NCBI GenBank assembly: GCA_007693455.1
Contig: REDP01000245.1
Span: 1 to 61,786 of the forward strand
DNA length: 61,786 nucleotides
From: Planctomycetota bacterium
GTDB lineage: Bacteria > Planctomycetota > UBA11346
Reading direction: 5' to 3'
Under the pieces are notes generated by a model. That model was given only the letters and a program-made list of their open reading frames with translations, ran no database searches and was not told the DNA's origin. Below, in pieces: positions 45,501 to 56,338 of this stretch. The translations under genes were made by a program, and so were the position numbers. The stretch's first letter is position 1. The number at the start of each line of letters is the position of its first letter.

Positions 45501-46595
45501 TTACAGCGGACTGAGACTGGGGGAATGATCTATGAGCTGGGCAATGCTCGGTGCGGTAACCGGTGCGATCATGCCTCGTTCGCAAATTATGGCCTGGATC
45601 AGCGTTGCTGGGGTAATATCAAAGGCGGGATTCAGGACTGGAACGTCAGCCGGCGCAAACGCGTGCCCACGCGGTGCGCGTACTTCATCAGGATGCCGCT
45701 GTTCGATAGCAATGCGGTCGCCGCTGGAGCAGGCAAGGTCAAAGGTTGTCGAGGGGGCGGCTACAATAAAAGGGATCCTGTGGTAGTGAGCCAAGACGGC
45801 AAGTTGATAGGTGCCGATTTTATTGGCGGTATCACCGTTGGCGCAAATGCGATCAGCACCCACAATAACTGCCTGTACCATGCCCTGAGCCATGCAGTAG
45901 CCAGCCATACCATCACTGATCAGGCGTACAGGAATGCCAGCGCGCTGGCATTCCAAAGCCGTCAGTCGTGCGCCTTGCAGTAGGGGCCGAGTTTCACAGG
46001 CCAGCACTTCAATAGCGGCTCCGCGGCGATGCTGCTCGGCGATGCAGCCAAGGGCAGTGCCCACGCCACCAGTGGCCAACGCTCCGGTATTGCAGATGGT
46101 AAGGATGCCTCCGTGCTGGGGAAGAATATCAGCGCCATGGCGAGCGATTCCCTGACAGAGATTGGCGTCTTCGGAGTGGATGCGTCGTGCCTCCATAATC
46201 AAACGTGCCGCTAGCTCTCGGGCGGTAAGGGCATGACTGTGGCTGTCAAAGCAGTCGCGCATGCGATCCAGGCAGTGGAACATATTGACCGCGGTGGGGC
46301 GACTCTCGCGAAGGACGTGCAGGGCATGGCTGAGGGCTGGGAAAAGATCGTCACCACTCGCTCCGCTATCAAGTGTGTGGCTGGCCTGCAGGCAGTGGCT
46401 GGCAAGACCATAGGCAGCAGCGATGCCAATGGCTGGAGCACCGCGAACCCGCAGTGTGGTAATCGCCTCAAGCAGTACATCTAAGCAACTGGCATCAATT
46501 TCGCGCACCGTTTCGGGCAGTAAGGTCTGGTCTAAAAGCCACAGACTGCCACCATCACTGCGTGCCTCCCAGCGCACGCCAGTCAGTGCGTTCAT
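45501..46595 (-). CDS. mtnA: S-methyl-5-thioribose-1-phosphate isomerase (eIF-2B alpha/beta/delta family)
   Basis: LWLLDQTLLP...VRGAPAIGIAAAYG N-terminal signature; family-length 364 aa. Confidence 0.85.
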   Translation of the reverse strand: MNALTGVRWEARSDGGSLWLLDQTLLPETVREIDASCLDVLLEAITTLRVRGAPAIGIAAAYGLASHCLQASHTLDSGASGDDLFPALSHALHVLRESRPTAVNMFHCLDRMRDCFDSHSHALTARELAARLIMEARRIHSEDANLCQGIARHGADILPQHGGILTICNTGALATGGVGTALGCIAEQHRRGAAIEVLACETRPLLQGARLTALECQRAGIPVRLISDGMAGYCMAQGMVQAVIVGADRICANGDTANKIGTYQLAVLAHYHRIPFIVAAPSTTFDLACSSGDRIAIEQRHPDEVRAPRGHAFAPADVPVLNPAFDITPATLIQAIICERGMIAPVTAPSIAQLIDHSPSLSPL

Positions 46596-47734
46596 GCTGG
46601 ACAGCTCTCGGCCACGAGGTCACGGAATTGCTTGAAAAGATAGACGGGATCGCTGGGCCCTGGGCATGCTTCAGGGTGGTATTGCACACTGAATACGCTT
46701 TTGCTGGTATGACGCAGGCCAGCACAGGTGTTGTCATTGAGATTGCGGTGGGTCATAACCACGCCTTCTGGGAGTGAGTCTGCATCCACGGCAAAGCCAT
46801 GGTTATGGGAGGCAATTTCAATGCTGCCAGAAGCGAGGTTTTTAATGGGATGGTTGCAGCCACGGTGGCCGAACTTCAACTTAAAGGTGCTCGCGCCAAG
46901 GGCGCGGGCAATGAGCTGATGTCCGAGACAAATACCAAACATGGGCAGGCCATGATCAATGAGTGCGCGTATGGTTGCCACTGGACCATCAAGTACAGCC
47001 GGATCGCCAGGGCCATTGGAGACAAAGATGCCTTGGGGTTGGAGGGCTAAAATCTCATCGGCACTGGCGGTGCCTGGGACTACGCTTATGCGAAAGCCGC
47101 AAGATTTAAGCAGACGCAGGATATTATGCTTCATCCCCAGATCGATGGCCACGATATGGGCAGCACACGGTTGCCAATCCACTTGATGGCCAAATTGTTC
47201 CACATTGCAGCTTTCCTCCCAGGTGAAAGTGCTGCTGGTGCCGGCGTCGCTGGCCAAATCCTTACCACTCATATCGCTTGCTGCGGCCGCCCGCTGGATG
47301 AGGTCGTCATCACTTAGCGATGCATCACTGGACAGGACCGCGGGGAGTGCGCCTGCCTCGCGCAGGCGCTTGGTGATTTTACGGGTATCCACTCCTTCGA
47401 TGCCAATAATGCCCTGCTCGGCAAGAAAATCGGGAAGACTGATGGTTGAGCGGAAGTTACTGGGGTGGTGGCAGCAGGATCGCATGACAAACCCCGCCAA
47501 CTGGCAGTGGTCGGACTCCATGTCCTCGGGGATAATGCCGTAATTACCGATTTCAGGGTAGGTCATGGTAACGATTTGCCCTCGATAGGAGGGGTCCGAA
47601 AGCACTTCTTGATAGCCAGTCATACCAGTATTAAAGACGGCTTCCCCTTCCACGGTGCCGATAGCGCCTACCGCCCGGCCGCGAAAAATAGTGCCATCGG
47701 AAAGAACAAGGCGGGCAAGGGTGTGCTGCGTCAT
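46592..47734 (-). CDS. carA: Carbamoyl-phosphate synthase small (glutaminase) subunit
   Basis: LVLSDGTIFRG start and FGICLGHQL catalytic Cys block. Start at MTQHTL (GGGAGA SD). ATGA overlap with mtnA. Confidence 0.93.
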   Translation of the reverse strand: MTQHTLARLVLSDGTIFRGRAVGAIGTVEGEAVFNTGMTGYQEVLSDPSYRGQIVTMTYPEIGNYGIIPEDMESDHCQLAGFVMRSCCHHPSNFRSTISLPDFLAEQGIIGIEGVDTRKITKRLREAGALPAVLSSDASLSDDDLIQRAAAASDMSGKDLASDAGTSSTFTWEESCNVEQFGHQVDWQPCAAHIVAIDLGMKHNILRLLKSCGFRISVVPGTASADEILALQPQGIFVSNGPGDPAVLDGPVATIRALIDHGLPMFGICLGHQLIARALGASTFKLKFGHRGCNHPIKNLASGSIEIASHNHGFAVDADSLPEGVVMTHRNLNDNTCAGLRHTSKSVFSVQYHPEACPGPSDPVYLFKQFRDLVAESCPA

Positions 47735-47928
47735 GAACCAATTCTCCCACTGGCAGAAGGGCCAGTTAAGCATGTCAGGGGCTAGCAAGCTGGGCCTGCG
47801 TGGGGCATGCTAAAGGGCCGTTGCCCATGGCAAGCGATGGGGCAGTAGCAAGTAGCGCAGGGGACGCAAAGCTTGTCCGGCAAGGGCGAATCCGCTTGGC
47901 GAAGCAAGCGTTACGCCATCCTCGGTAC

Positions 47929-50900
47929 TTACCCCTGTGTGTCGGTAAAGATCTTGTTGGCGTAGTGGGCGAGGACGCGGTCAAGATCGTGCTTTTGCAG
48001 GGGCTTGCTCAGATAGTCATTCATGCCCACATCGGCGCAGCGGGCCCGTTCATAGTCCAGGGCATGTGCGGTTACGGCAACAATAATGACATCGGGGTTG
48101 ATGCAGCCTTGGGCTGGGTCGCGAATCATGCGCGTGGCCTCGTGGCCATCCATCACCGGCATTTCGCAGTCCATCAGCACGAGGTCGTATGGAGCTCTTC
48201 GCAGACTGGCCACAGCTTCCTCGCCATTGGCCACCATATCACAGGTATGCCCTTGACGTTCAACCAGGGCGCGGATCACCGTTTGGTTGACATGATTGTC
48301 CTCGGCAATCAGCACCCGCAGGGGCCGAGGGTAGTTGTGACTGCTGGAGTGGGATTTATGGGCAACCATACTTACTGGTGGTCTACGTGTGGAGTGCGCT
48401 CCTTGTGAGAGCACTTCCTGGACCATGTCATGGAGGTGCTGTTGGCGGAAAGGTTTGGTCAAATAGCCATCAAATCCGTGACTCTCCATGCGCGATGCAT
48501 CTCCCATCATACCCAATGAGGTAAGGAGAATAACCAATGTTTCACGCAGGCCTTGGTCATTGCGAATGGCCTTTAAGGCTGCCACTCCGTCCATGCCAGG
48601 CATCTGTAAATCCATCAGCACCAAGGCAAAGGGAGTGTCTGCCTGGCGTGCATCGCGCAGGCATTGCAGGGCTTCTGCCCCCGTTTGCGCCGTGGTAACG
48701 ATGCATCCCCAATGGCTGAGCAGTCGTTCCAGAAGCAGGCGATTGGTGGCGTGGTCATCCACGACCAGTACTGGTACGCAGTCGAGATCGCGTTGCTCGT
48801 GGGCTAAAAAGGGATCGTATTGGCCCTGGGCTAGGGTGAGGCGAACGTAAAACGATGCGCCTTCGCCGACAGTGCTTTCTACCCAAATATCGCCCCCCAT
48901 GAGTTCGGTTAGCTGCTTGCTGATGCTCAAGCCCAGGCCAGTTCCCTGATGGCTGCGGCTATTGCTGCCATCGATCTGTTTAAAGGGGGCGAAAATACGC
49001 GACTGCTGTTCCGCGGCAATGCCCGGGCCGGTATCGCGGATGGTAAATAGGAGGGTTGTCAGATGGTTATCGTTGGTGGCGCCTGGATCAAGTTCTACGC
49101 TAATAGTGACTGCACCCTGATCTGTGAATTTAATCGCATTGCCAAGTAAATTAAGTATGATTTGACGAAGGCGCCCAGAGTCTCCATGGATCACTGGCGG
49201 CACCGTTGGCTCGATGAGACACTGTAAGGACAATCCTTTCTCCTGGGCCTTAATCGCCATCAATTCCGCAGCGTCTTCGACAACATTGTAAAGGTCGAAG
49301 TCGTTGTTTTCGAGGGTGAGTTCCTCGGCTTCTATTTTGGAGAAATCAAGGATATCGTTCACCAGGCGCAGAAGGCTCTCGCCGCTGCTGCGGACGAGAG
49401 AGGCATATTGCCGCTGGGTTGGGGAAAGATCGGTCTCCATCAAGAGTCCACTCATGCCAATGACACCATTCATCGGCGTGCGAATTTCATGACTCATGGT
49501 AGCCAGGAATTCGCTCTTGGCGCGTTCTGCCGACTGTGCCTGTTGAGTGAGGGTCTGTGCTTCTATGGCAGCCTGGTGTAGTTTGTGCTCTTGCTCTTCA
49601 TGGCGAACTATCTGCACTCGCATCTGGGCGAGGGTGTCATTGAGTGCGTGCGCAAATGAGTCATCGCTGCCGAGAATTGGTATTGCAATCTCGGTGTCAC
49701 CCTTGGCAATGCGGGAAAGAATGTCGATTCGCTGCTCCTGGATTTCAATCAGTCGTTGTAAACTACGCAGCAGGCTCCCCCCCTCATCATTTCGCTGCAA
49801 ATCGGCTTGCGGTGCCTCAAGACAAAGTGCACCGCGGGCAGCCCATTGCTCAAGTGTGTGCGTAGTGCGTTGAATGGGACGCAGGAGAACTCCAGACAGG
49901 CCATAAAGCAAGGCGCTGGCTGCCACGAGGCAGAGCGCTAAAATGGTCCATACTGCCCAGGCGCTGCGTTGTAAAAAGGTATCATGGAGATGGGTGAGAT
50001 GTGCCGCCTTGGCCATGGCGTCATCATAAGGGGTTTCGACAATCAATGTCCAGCGCAGTGGCTCCAGTGGATCCGGACGCATGCTTTGGGTCGTGGATAG
50101 TCGTCCCCCAATGTCATGGCGTGAGATGACATCGTCGATGGTGATCGAGGTGTAGGAGGTTAGCATTGCTGTGCCGCTGGGATCGGTGGTGATGATGGTC
50201 CCCTGCTCCCCGGCCAGTGCTTTGGCAATAATCTCGGGATCGGTGTAAGCATGCTGCCGATTCTCAATAAAATGTTTACTAATAAGGTATGTAGAGTCGC
50301 GTCGCCGAGGCTGGTTGAGTAATAGGCCATCCTGATTGATTAGGAACACTTCTCCAGAAGGGTGAAAATCAGCATGACGCTTAAGGATCTCTTGCAGGCG
50401 AGGATAGGGGATTTGCACTGCCAGTACGCCATTACTACTGCCTTCTCCAAGTCTATATTCAATAGGAGTAGCGATAAAGGCTGCAAGGCTATAGTAGCTT
50501 GGTGCAAAGGGGGCGATATTCGAGACCGCGGCATTGCCCTGAGAAGCTATTCGCGCGACCTGGCTGAGGCCACTTTCATGATAGGGCTCCTGCCATAAAA
50601 GGGTGGCAAAATCACTTTCTTTAAAAGCGGAATAGACAATACGCCCATCACTACAGTCAATGAGAAAAATATCGTACAGCCCCAAGCGTTCGCTGGTGGA
50701 TACAAAGTAGGGGTGATATTGTTCGTGAATACGATGGTAGGAGGCTGGTCCTGGGGCGGTGAGCAGGTGATCTTTGTAACCAATAGGATGCTGATTGCTG
50801 GCCATATAGGCGTCCTGCAAAACCACCGCCCGATCGTCTAGTTGCCGATGACGTTGCGCAAGATCGGTGTCTGATGCCCAGGGGGTAAGTTCCTGGCGAT

Positions 50901-51330
50901 GCGGGGTGAGGTCCTGCTGGTAAAAGGCCTGTAGTCGCTCGCGCGCGGCGCTGGTATGCGCCTGCCAATCAGGAATCTCTTCCGGTAGTGCATTCAGAGA
51001 CTGACGAAAGTGCTGAAAGGCCTCGCTGGTACTGGGGGCTGCTGCAAGCATGCTTACGTGTTCGTACAGTGATTGCAAAGACTGTTGAATCTCATCTCGG
51101 GTAAGATTTGCAACGGCCTCCTGCGTAGCGCTCGCTTGTTGGCGCACGGTGCTGTCTATATCGTTGCGTACCTCATCGGATAAGGGACGAGTGGTGCCGA
51201 TAATAATGCCATTGGCAAGTACGGCGGTGGCAATCCCAGTAATCACAAAACCAATGCTCAATTTACTGACCAATCGCATAAGGATTCCAATGTCTAGGGA
51301 AAAGGGACGTATGACGCCGTAAAAAGGCAT
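47929..51330 (-). CDS. Hybrid sensor histidine kinase: periplasmic sensor, HisKA, HATPase, two receiver domains
   Basis: Two TM helices flank a ~420-aa extracytoplasmic domain. H-box [16 protein letters not shown]-box [13 protein letters not shown]1 [15 protein letters not shown]2 [12 protein letters not shown]. Alternative start at 51279. Confidence 0.9.
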   Translation of the reverse strand: MPFYGVIRPFSLDIGILMRLVSKLSIGFVITGIATAVLANGIIIGTTRPLSDEVRNDIDSTVRQQASATQEAVANLTRDEIQQSLQSLYEHVSMLAAAPSTSEAFQHFRQSLNALPEEIPDWQAHTSAARERLQAFYQQDLTPHRQELTPWASDTDLAQRHRQLDDRAVVLQDAYMASNQHPIGYKDHLLTAPGPASYHRIHEQYHPYFVSTSERLGLYDIFLIDCSDGRIVYSAFKESDFATLLWQEPYHESGLSQVARIASQGNAAVSNIAPFAPSYYSLAAFIATPIEYRLGEGSSNGVLAVQIPYPRLQEILKRHADFHPSGEVFLINQDGLLLNQPRRRDSTYLISKHFIENRQHAYTDPEIIAKALAGEQGTIITTDPSGTAMLTSYTSITIDDVISRHDIGGRLSTTQSMRPDPLEPLRWTLIVETPYDDAMAKAAHLTHLHDTFLQRSAWAVWTILALCLVAASALLYGLSGVLLRPIQRTTHTLEQWAARGALCLEAPQADLQRNDEGGSLLRSLQRLIEIQEQRIDILSRIAKGDTEIAIPILGSDDSFAHALNDTLAQMRVQIVRHEEQEHKLHQAAIEAQTLTQQAQSAERAKSEFLATMSHEIRTPMNGVIGMSGLLMETDLSPTQRQYASLVRSSGESLLRLVNDILDFSKIEAEELTLENNDFDLYNVVEDAAELMAIKAQEKGLSLQCLIEPTVPPVIHGDSGRLRQIILNLLGNAIKFTDQGAVTISVELDPGATNDNHLTTLLFTIRDTGPGIAAEQQSRIFAPFKQIDGSNSRSHQGTGLGLSISKQLTELMGGDIWVESTVGEGASFYVRLTLAQGQYDPFLAHEQRDLDCVPVLVVDDHATNRLLLERLLSHWGCIVTTAQTGAEALQCLRDARQADTPFALVLMDLQMPGMDGVAALKAIRNDQGLRETLVILLTSLGMMGDASRMESHGFDGYLTKPFRQQHLHDMVQEVLSQGAHSTRRPPVSMVAHKSHSSSHNYPRPLRVLIAEDNHVNQTVIRALVERQGHTCDMVANGEEAVASLRRAPYDLVLMDCEMPVMDGHEATRMIRDPAQGCINPDVIIVAVTAHALDYERARCADVGMNDYLSKPLQKHDLDRVLAHYANKIFTDTQG

Positions 51331-51550
51331 TGCCTAATGCAATGATTTTACAAGTGATCCGAGCAAATTAGACTGTATGTCCGTATGCACATTAGCAGAC
51401 GTTCAATGAAAATCCGTGACATGCTTACTCTGTTGGCCATAGTATCATTAAATTCTGGGGTCTATTGAGTGTGCACAAAAAAAACATGGTCAGGCGTGTA
51501 CATACCTGACGGCCGACTCGACAACAACAAGATTAGCCCAGTGATAAACG

Positions 51551-51907
51551 ATGAGTAGATATCCGCATAGCTGGTTAGAACGGCATTCCAGGCCATTTCC
51601 TTCACTACTCTCGCAGTTGCTGAAGCGTCGTGGCTTGTCCATTCGCCGTTTTGCCGTTCTTACCCAGCAGAACGCCACCTTTGTGTCTCAGATATTGCGG
51701 GAGCAGCGGCGCCCGCCCCTGCACCGCATGGAGCAATGGGCAGATGTATTGCGGATATACGGCCAGGCTCGCGAAGATTTTCTGAATGCCGCTGCCTTGG
51801 CTCATGCACCGCAGCGGGTGGTGGATTTGCTCGCGCGCAGTGGGCTCGACTTTCCTGGGCTTGAGCAATTATTAGTTTGTGATGAACGCAATGAGGGGAC
51901 GCCGTAA
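51551..51907 (+). CDS. Small XRE-like helix-turn-helix protein
   Basis: LLKRRGLSIRRFAVLTQQNATFVSQILREQRRPP resembles an HTH_3 core. No strong SD. Confidence 0.5.
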   Translation: MSRYPHSWLERHSRPFPSLLSQLLKRRGLSIRRFAVLTQQNATFVSQILREQRRPPLHRMEQWADVLRIYGQAREDFLNAAALAHAPQRVVDLLARSGLDFPGLEQLLVCDERNEGTP

Positions 51908-51922
51908 AGACGTCCCCTCATA
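51892..51922. terminator. Hairpin shared by the convergent HTH gene and fba
   Basis: Perfect 11-bp stem ATGAGGGGACG/CGTCCCCTCAT (51892-51902 / 51912-51922). No clear T-tract on either side. Confidence 0.45.
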
Positions 51923-51966
51923 CCATACGCGATTCTCTCGCCATTAAGGCGAATGGCTATGCTATA

Positions 51967-52992
51967 CTACTTGGTGATACTCGTGCCCACCGCACGCAGG
52001 TCTTGGCAGGATTCAATAACGCGATCTTTAATGCCAGCCATAGCTGCCTTTAAGTACGAGCGTGGATCGTATACCTTTTTATTGCCGATTTCTTGGTCAA
52101 TTTTCAGCACACCATCATAGTTGCTAAGAATGTGGTGGGCGATGGGACGGGTAAAGGCATATTGAGTGTCGGTGTCCACGTTCATCTTGATGACGCCATA
52201 GTCCAGGGTCTCGTGGATTTCTTCTTTGCTGGAGCCGCTGCCACCGTGGAACACCAGGTCCAGGGGGTTGTCGCCGGTGGAGAAGGCTTTTTGCACGGCG
52301 CTTTGTCCATCGCGAAGGATGGTTGGGGTGAGCTTAACGTTGCCCGGTTTGTAGACGCCGTGGACATTGCCAAAGGTGGCAGCCAGCATAAAGCGGCCAA
52401 TGTCGTTAAGTTCTTCGAAGGCGCGCACCATGTCACCAGGAGTGGTATAGAGCTTGTCGTTGCTGACTCCGGAAGTGTCGTGGCCGTCTTCTTCACCGCC
52501 AACCACGCCGGTTTCGATTTCCAAAAGCATTTTCAAGCTGGCAAGCTTGGTATGGTACTTCTTGGAGATGGCGAGGTTTTCTTCCAGATCCAGTTCTGAG
52601 CCGTCGAACATGTGACTATTAAACAGGGGCTTGAGGCCCGCCGCCACACGCTTTTCACTTTCGGCAATGAGGGGATCAATAAAGGGTTCGAGGTTTTTGG
52701 GATGGCAGTGGTCGGTATGCAGGGCAATGATCACATTATAGCGCTCGGCCAGGGTATGGGCAGCTTCGGCCAGCACTTTGGCACCCAGTGCCATGTCCTT
52801 GATTGAGCCAGTAGCGTGGGCACCACCCCCACTGGAGACTTGGACGATGCCATCGCACTCAGCTTCGGCAAAGCCCTGCATGACACCATTGAGGGTTTCC
52901 AGGCTGGTAACATTGATGGCTGGGTAGGCAAAACGGCCTTGTTTCGCATTGTCCAGCATTTGGCAGTACTGATCATAGGTGGCAATGGGCAT
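51967..52992 (-). CDS. fba: Class II fructose-bisphosphate aldolase
   Basis: Start taken at MPIATYDQY (the ORF extends to 53079). HTDHC, FGNVHGVYKPGNVKLTP, FHGGSGS and KMNVDTDTQ blocks. Confidence 0.93.
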   Translation of the reverse strand: MPIATYDQYCQMLDNAKQGRFAYPAINVTSLETLNGVMQGFAEAECDGIVQVSSGGGAHATGSIKDMALGAKVLAEAAHTLAERYNVIIALHTDHCHPKNLEPFIDPLIAESEKRVAAGLKPLFNSHMFDGSELDLEENLAISKKYHTKLASLKMLLEIETGVVGGEEDGHDTSGVSNDKLYTTPGDMVRAFEELNDIGRFMLAATFGNVHGVYKPGNVKLTPTILRDGQSAVQKAFSTGDNPLDLVFHGGSGSSKEEIHETLDYGVIKMNVDTDTQYAFTRPIAHHILSNYDGVLKIDQEIGNKKVYDPRSYLKAAMAGIKDRVIESCQDLRAVGTSITK

Positions 52993-53194
52993 GAAGTGTC
53001 CTCTCGTGACTAGAAGTTGTCGATGAGCGAGCATTGTGTGCCACTGTCTAGGTGTGCAAGGTGGGAACCGCAGAGGCATTGTACAATAAGCATGCAGGTG
53101 CGATCAGGGATGCGGTGGGCTTTCTGGCACGGCCATTGCGTAAGTCGCCTCGTGTCGGTGTTTTTCTTTGCCCCTTGTTGTAGGAGTCCACATC

Positions 53195-53827
53195 ATGTGT
53201 GCTATTGCTCGTTATACCCTGATTTTGGCAGTCTTTGCCCTTGCTCAACTGCCCCTGAAGGCACAAAGCTTGATCACCGCCACAAATCTGAGTCATGGAA
53301 CCATGTATTCGGATCAAGTTGCGCGGCAGGCCGGAGATCTGATTACCATTCGCATTAGCGAAAACACCCAGGTTGCCGAGCAGAAAAATACCTCAACCAG
53401 TACCGATAACAGTAAGCGCTTGCGGGTGCGGGCCATCCCTGAAAGCCCCCGTATTGAAGCTTCCGAAGGGCAAAGCACGGTGGGAACCCTGCCCTTGTTG
53501 TCATTGGACTCGGAACGCGAGTTTGATGGAGAAGGCTCTTATAATCAGCGTGGGCAGATGTCGGCAATGATCACTGGTCGGGTTATTGATGTCCTTGATA
53601 ACGGCAACTTGGTGGTGGAGGGTCGGCGTACACTGACCTTTGGCGACAATGTAAAAACTATTCGTATTACCGGTATTTGCCGCTCCTCCGATCTCAATAG
53701 CGAGAATATGGTGAATAGCGAGCGCCTGCATAATCTTCAGGTGGCCATTGAAGGCGAAGGTCCGCTCAATAAAGCCCAGCAGCAAGGCTGGTTGAGTCGT
53801 CTGCTGGGTGTGGTGTGGCCCTTCTAA
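53195..53827 (+). CDS. flgH: Flagellar L-ring protein
   Basis: ATG 53195 follows AGGAG. Signal peptide. ITGRVIDVLDNGNLVVEG...IRITGICR block is typical of FlgH. Confidence 0.88.
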   Translation: MCAIARYTLILAVFALAQLPLKAQSLITATNLSHGTMYSDQVARQAGDLITIRISENTQVAEQKNTSTSTDNSKRLRVRAIPESPRIEASEGQSTVGTLPLLSLDSEREFDGEGSYNQRGQMSAMITGRVIDVLDNGNLVVEGRRTLTFGDNVKTIRITGICRSSDLNSENMVNSERLHNLQVAIEGEGPLNKAQQQGWLSRLLGVVWPF

Positions 53828-53878
53828 AGCCCTGCCGTGTTCGTGTCCTGGATCACCCTGCCTTTACTGGAGACCATC

Positions 53879-55060
53879 ATGCCCAAGCCCGCTGTATTCC
53901 TCCTGAGTGTGCTGATGATGCTCTCTGCGGCATTGTGGTCTGAGGAGTTCGCCCCTTTCGGGGTGAGTGATGATGATGGCGGCGTGCGTCTCAAGGACTT
54001 GGTTACCATCGAAGGGGTGCGGGATAACCAACTGCACGGCATTGGTATTGTTGTGGGCCTTGCGGGGACTGGGGATAATAATCCCGCTACGCTACGTATG
54101 GCCAAACAGATGCTTTCGGCAAAAAACATCCGTATTGCCGACAATGAATTGCAAGGTCGTTCCATTGCCATGGTGGCAGTGACCGCGGATTTGCCGGCTT
54201 TTTCTCGCGCGGGAACGCGCTTGGAAACCTTGGTTTCGACTATTGGCAATGCCACCAGCTTGCGCGGTGGGGTTCTTCTGCAGACCTTTCTCACTGCCCC
54301 CAATGGTGATATTTATGCCGCTGCCCAAGGGCCAGTAACCATTGGCGGTTTTGGTGAGGGGGGGCCTGGCTTGGTGGCAGTAGGCAATGCCCATGCCAAC
54401 GTGGAGACCGTGGCCCAGGTGGCCAATGGTGCCATCGTCGAGCGCGATATCCCCGTCACCATGTTGTATGGCGATCGCTTGCGACTGCTGCTCAAAGATC
54501 CTGATTTCACCAATGCCACGCGCATTGCTGAAGCCCTGGCTGATGAATTCGGTGATGAGCGTGTGCAGGCCGTGGATGCGGCGACCATTGCCCTGCGTTT
54601 CCATCAGCGCCCGAGCGAAGATGAATTGGTGCGAACCATTAGCCAATTACATCAGTTGCGTGTGTCGCCAGATGTTGCGGCACGGGTGGTGATCAATGCC
54701 CGCACGGGAACGGTGGTAATTGGGCAGGATGTGCGCATTGGCCCTGTGGCGGTAAGTCATGGCGGGTTAGCCCTGCGTGTGCTCCATCGTCGCGAGATGC
54801 TGCCTGATCCAGAAAATCCACGGCAATTTGAACAACGAGAAACCTGGACTGATCCCGTCACCAATATTCGCCGCGATACTCCTCCCGAAGGGATTACCCC
54901 CTTGCAGGCTACCGGATCCTTAACCGTGATGGATGGCACCACCGTGCAAAGTATTGCGAATGCTCTCAATGCCATTGGCGCGCGTCCACGCGATATGGTT
55001 GCCATTTTCCAGGCGCTTAAACGCGCTGGTGCTTTACATGCCGAACTGGTGGTGATGTAG
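53879..55060 (+). CDS. flgI: Flagellar P-ring protein
   Basis: ATG 53879 (GGAGA SD). Signal peptide. RLKDLVTIEGVRDNQLHGIGIVVGLAGTGD signature. Confidence 0.92.
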   Translation: MPKPAVFLLSVLMMLSAALWSEEFAPFGVSDDDGGVRLKDLVTIEGVRDNQLHGIGIVVGLAGTGDNNPATLRMAKQMLSAKNIRIADNELQGRSIAMVAVTADLPAFSRAGTRLETLVSTIGNATSLRGGVLLQTFLTAPNGDIYAAAQGPVTIGGFGEGGPGLVAVGNAHANVETVAQVANGAIVERDIPVTMLYGDRLRLLLKDPDFTNATRIAEALADEFGDERVQAVDAATIALRFHQRPSEDELVRTISQLHQLRVSPDVAARVVINARTGTVVIGQDVRIGPVAVSHGGLALRVLHRREMLPDPENPRQFEQRETWTDPVTNIRRDTPPEGITPLQATGSLTVMDGTTVQSIANALNAIGARPRDMVAIFQALKRAGALHAELVVM

Positions 55061-55094
55061 TTTCGTCCGTACACATTGTTAGAAAGGATCGATC

Positions 55095-55406
55095 ATGTCT
55101 GATCTCGCCCTTACCGAAAGCGGACGCCTGCATGCAGGCTTGCCAGATGAACAGCGCCTGCGTCGTGCCGCTGATCAATTTGAGGCACAATTTCTCGAGA
55201 TTCTTATGCGCGAGAGCCGCGCTGGCCGTGAAGAAGGTGGTGGCGACCAGATTTTTAATGAAAGCCCCGCCCTAAATCAATTTCAGGACATGTTGCACGG
55301 AGCTTTGGTCGAGCGTTCAGCTGGTTCCATGGGCATTGCCGATATGGTAGTAGAGCAGATCGCTCAGTCAGCATCGTCATCGGGAGATCGCCATGCTCAG
55401 CAATGA
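55095..55406 (+). CDS. Rod-binding protein (FlgJ N-terminal-domain-like)
   Basis: 103 aa with AADQFEAQFLEILMRESR, typical of the rod-binding domain. No muramidase domain. Confidence 0.7.
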   Translation: MSDLALTESGRLHAGLPDEQRLRRAADQFEAQFLEILMRESRAGREEGGGDQIFNESPALNQFQDMLHGALVERSAGSMGIADMVVEQIAQSASSSGDRHAQQ

Positions 55407-55908
55407 TACGCGGGTGCTTTGTGAAGCCATGCAGCGACAGTTACAACGAGAGCTTAGTCTGCAGCGCAAACTCCTGGCTTTGGCCGAACGCAAACGTGAC
55501 GCCACCGTGGCTAATGATTTACCAGCCCTTGAAGAAGTGATTCGCGCCGAGCAATCGCTTACCGATGAACTCACCGAATATCGCCGTATTCGTGAAGACC
55601 TCTTGCGCCGTCTCAGCGTGGTGCGGGGTATGCGTGGCGAGCAGCGTCCCACATTACGGAGTCTCTTAAACGGCTTAGCCGATCCCTTATGCGATAAAAT
55701 ACTCGCCCTTGGCGATGAATTACGCAGCATCCTACACCAGTTGGTGCGCGTCAACGAGACCAATCAAGTGATCATGCGTACTGCCTTGGGCATGGTTCGC
55801 CAGGTGATGAGTGCATTTACTGGTGATACGGGCCGTGAAGGGTATGACCGCAGTGGTAATGGGGGTGAGCAGCGGGGCAGTGGTGGGCTGATGAATTTTC
55901 AGGCCTAA
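55393..55908 (+). CDS. FlgN-like flagellar export chaperone
   Basis: 171-aa helical protein with an FlgN-like N-terminal pattern, located after flgI and the flgJ-like gene. Weak call. Confidence 0.5.
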   Translation: MLSNDTRVLCEAMQRQLQRELSLQRKLLALAERKRDATVANDLPALEEVIRAEQSLTDELTEYRRIREDLLRRLSVVRGMRGEQRPTLRSLLNGLADPLCDKILALGDELRSILHQLVRVNETNQVIMRTALGMVRQVMSAFTGDTGREGYDRSGNGGEQRGSGGLMNFQA

Positions 55909-56291
55909 GGCCACTTTGCGGCCCATAAGCGCTATCCCAGTCAGGGCGCGTAGCCAAGGAGGCACAACGCTCGCCCTCGGGAGCGCCGATTTCCTGATTG
56001 GCCCGTAAAAACGCCCGCAATAAGGCATTTTTGCGCTATACAGAATGACCGTGAAGCGGGTATGCCGTATCATAGCAAGCTCTGAGTCGCCCTCTTGCCC
56101 GAGACGCTCCATTGTATCGGTCGTTTTGTTGACAACGCTGTATTCGCTTCTGGCGTATCTCCCCCATGATAGCGCCCTGGTATAGAGACATGCGTCGATC
56201 CCGAAGCACGCTTTCGCTTGGCTGGCGGTTAACGTTCCCCCGTGCCGGCGCTTTGCTTTGTGCTGCTGCTCTAAGATATCGAGCTGACAGT

Positions 56292-56327
56292 GCTGAGGTG
56301 AGGGCTGAGGTGAGGGCTGAGGTGAGG
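56292..56327 (+). repeat. 3 x 12-bp perfect tandem repeat GCTGAGGTGAGG in the 5' UTR of the ABC transporter
   Basis: Units at 56292-56303, 56304-56315 and 56316-56327, each containing the SD-like GAGGTGAGG. An in-frame TGA at 56318-56320 shows the repeat is untranslated. Confidence 0.85.
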
Positions 56328-56338
56328 GGGACTGCCGC

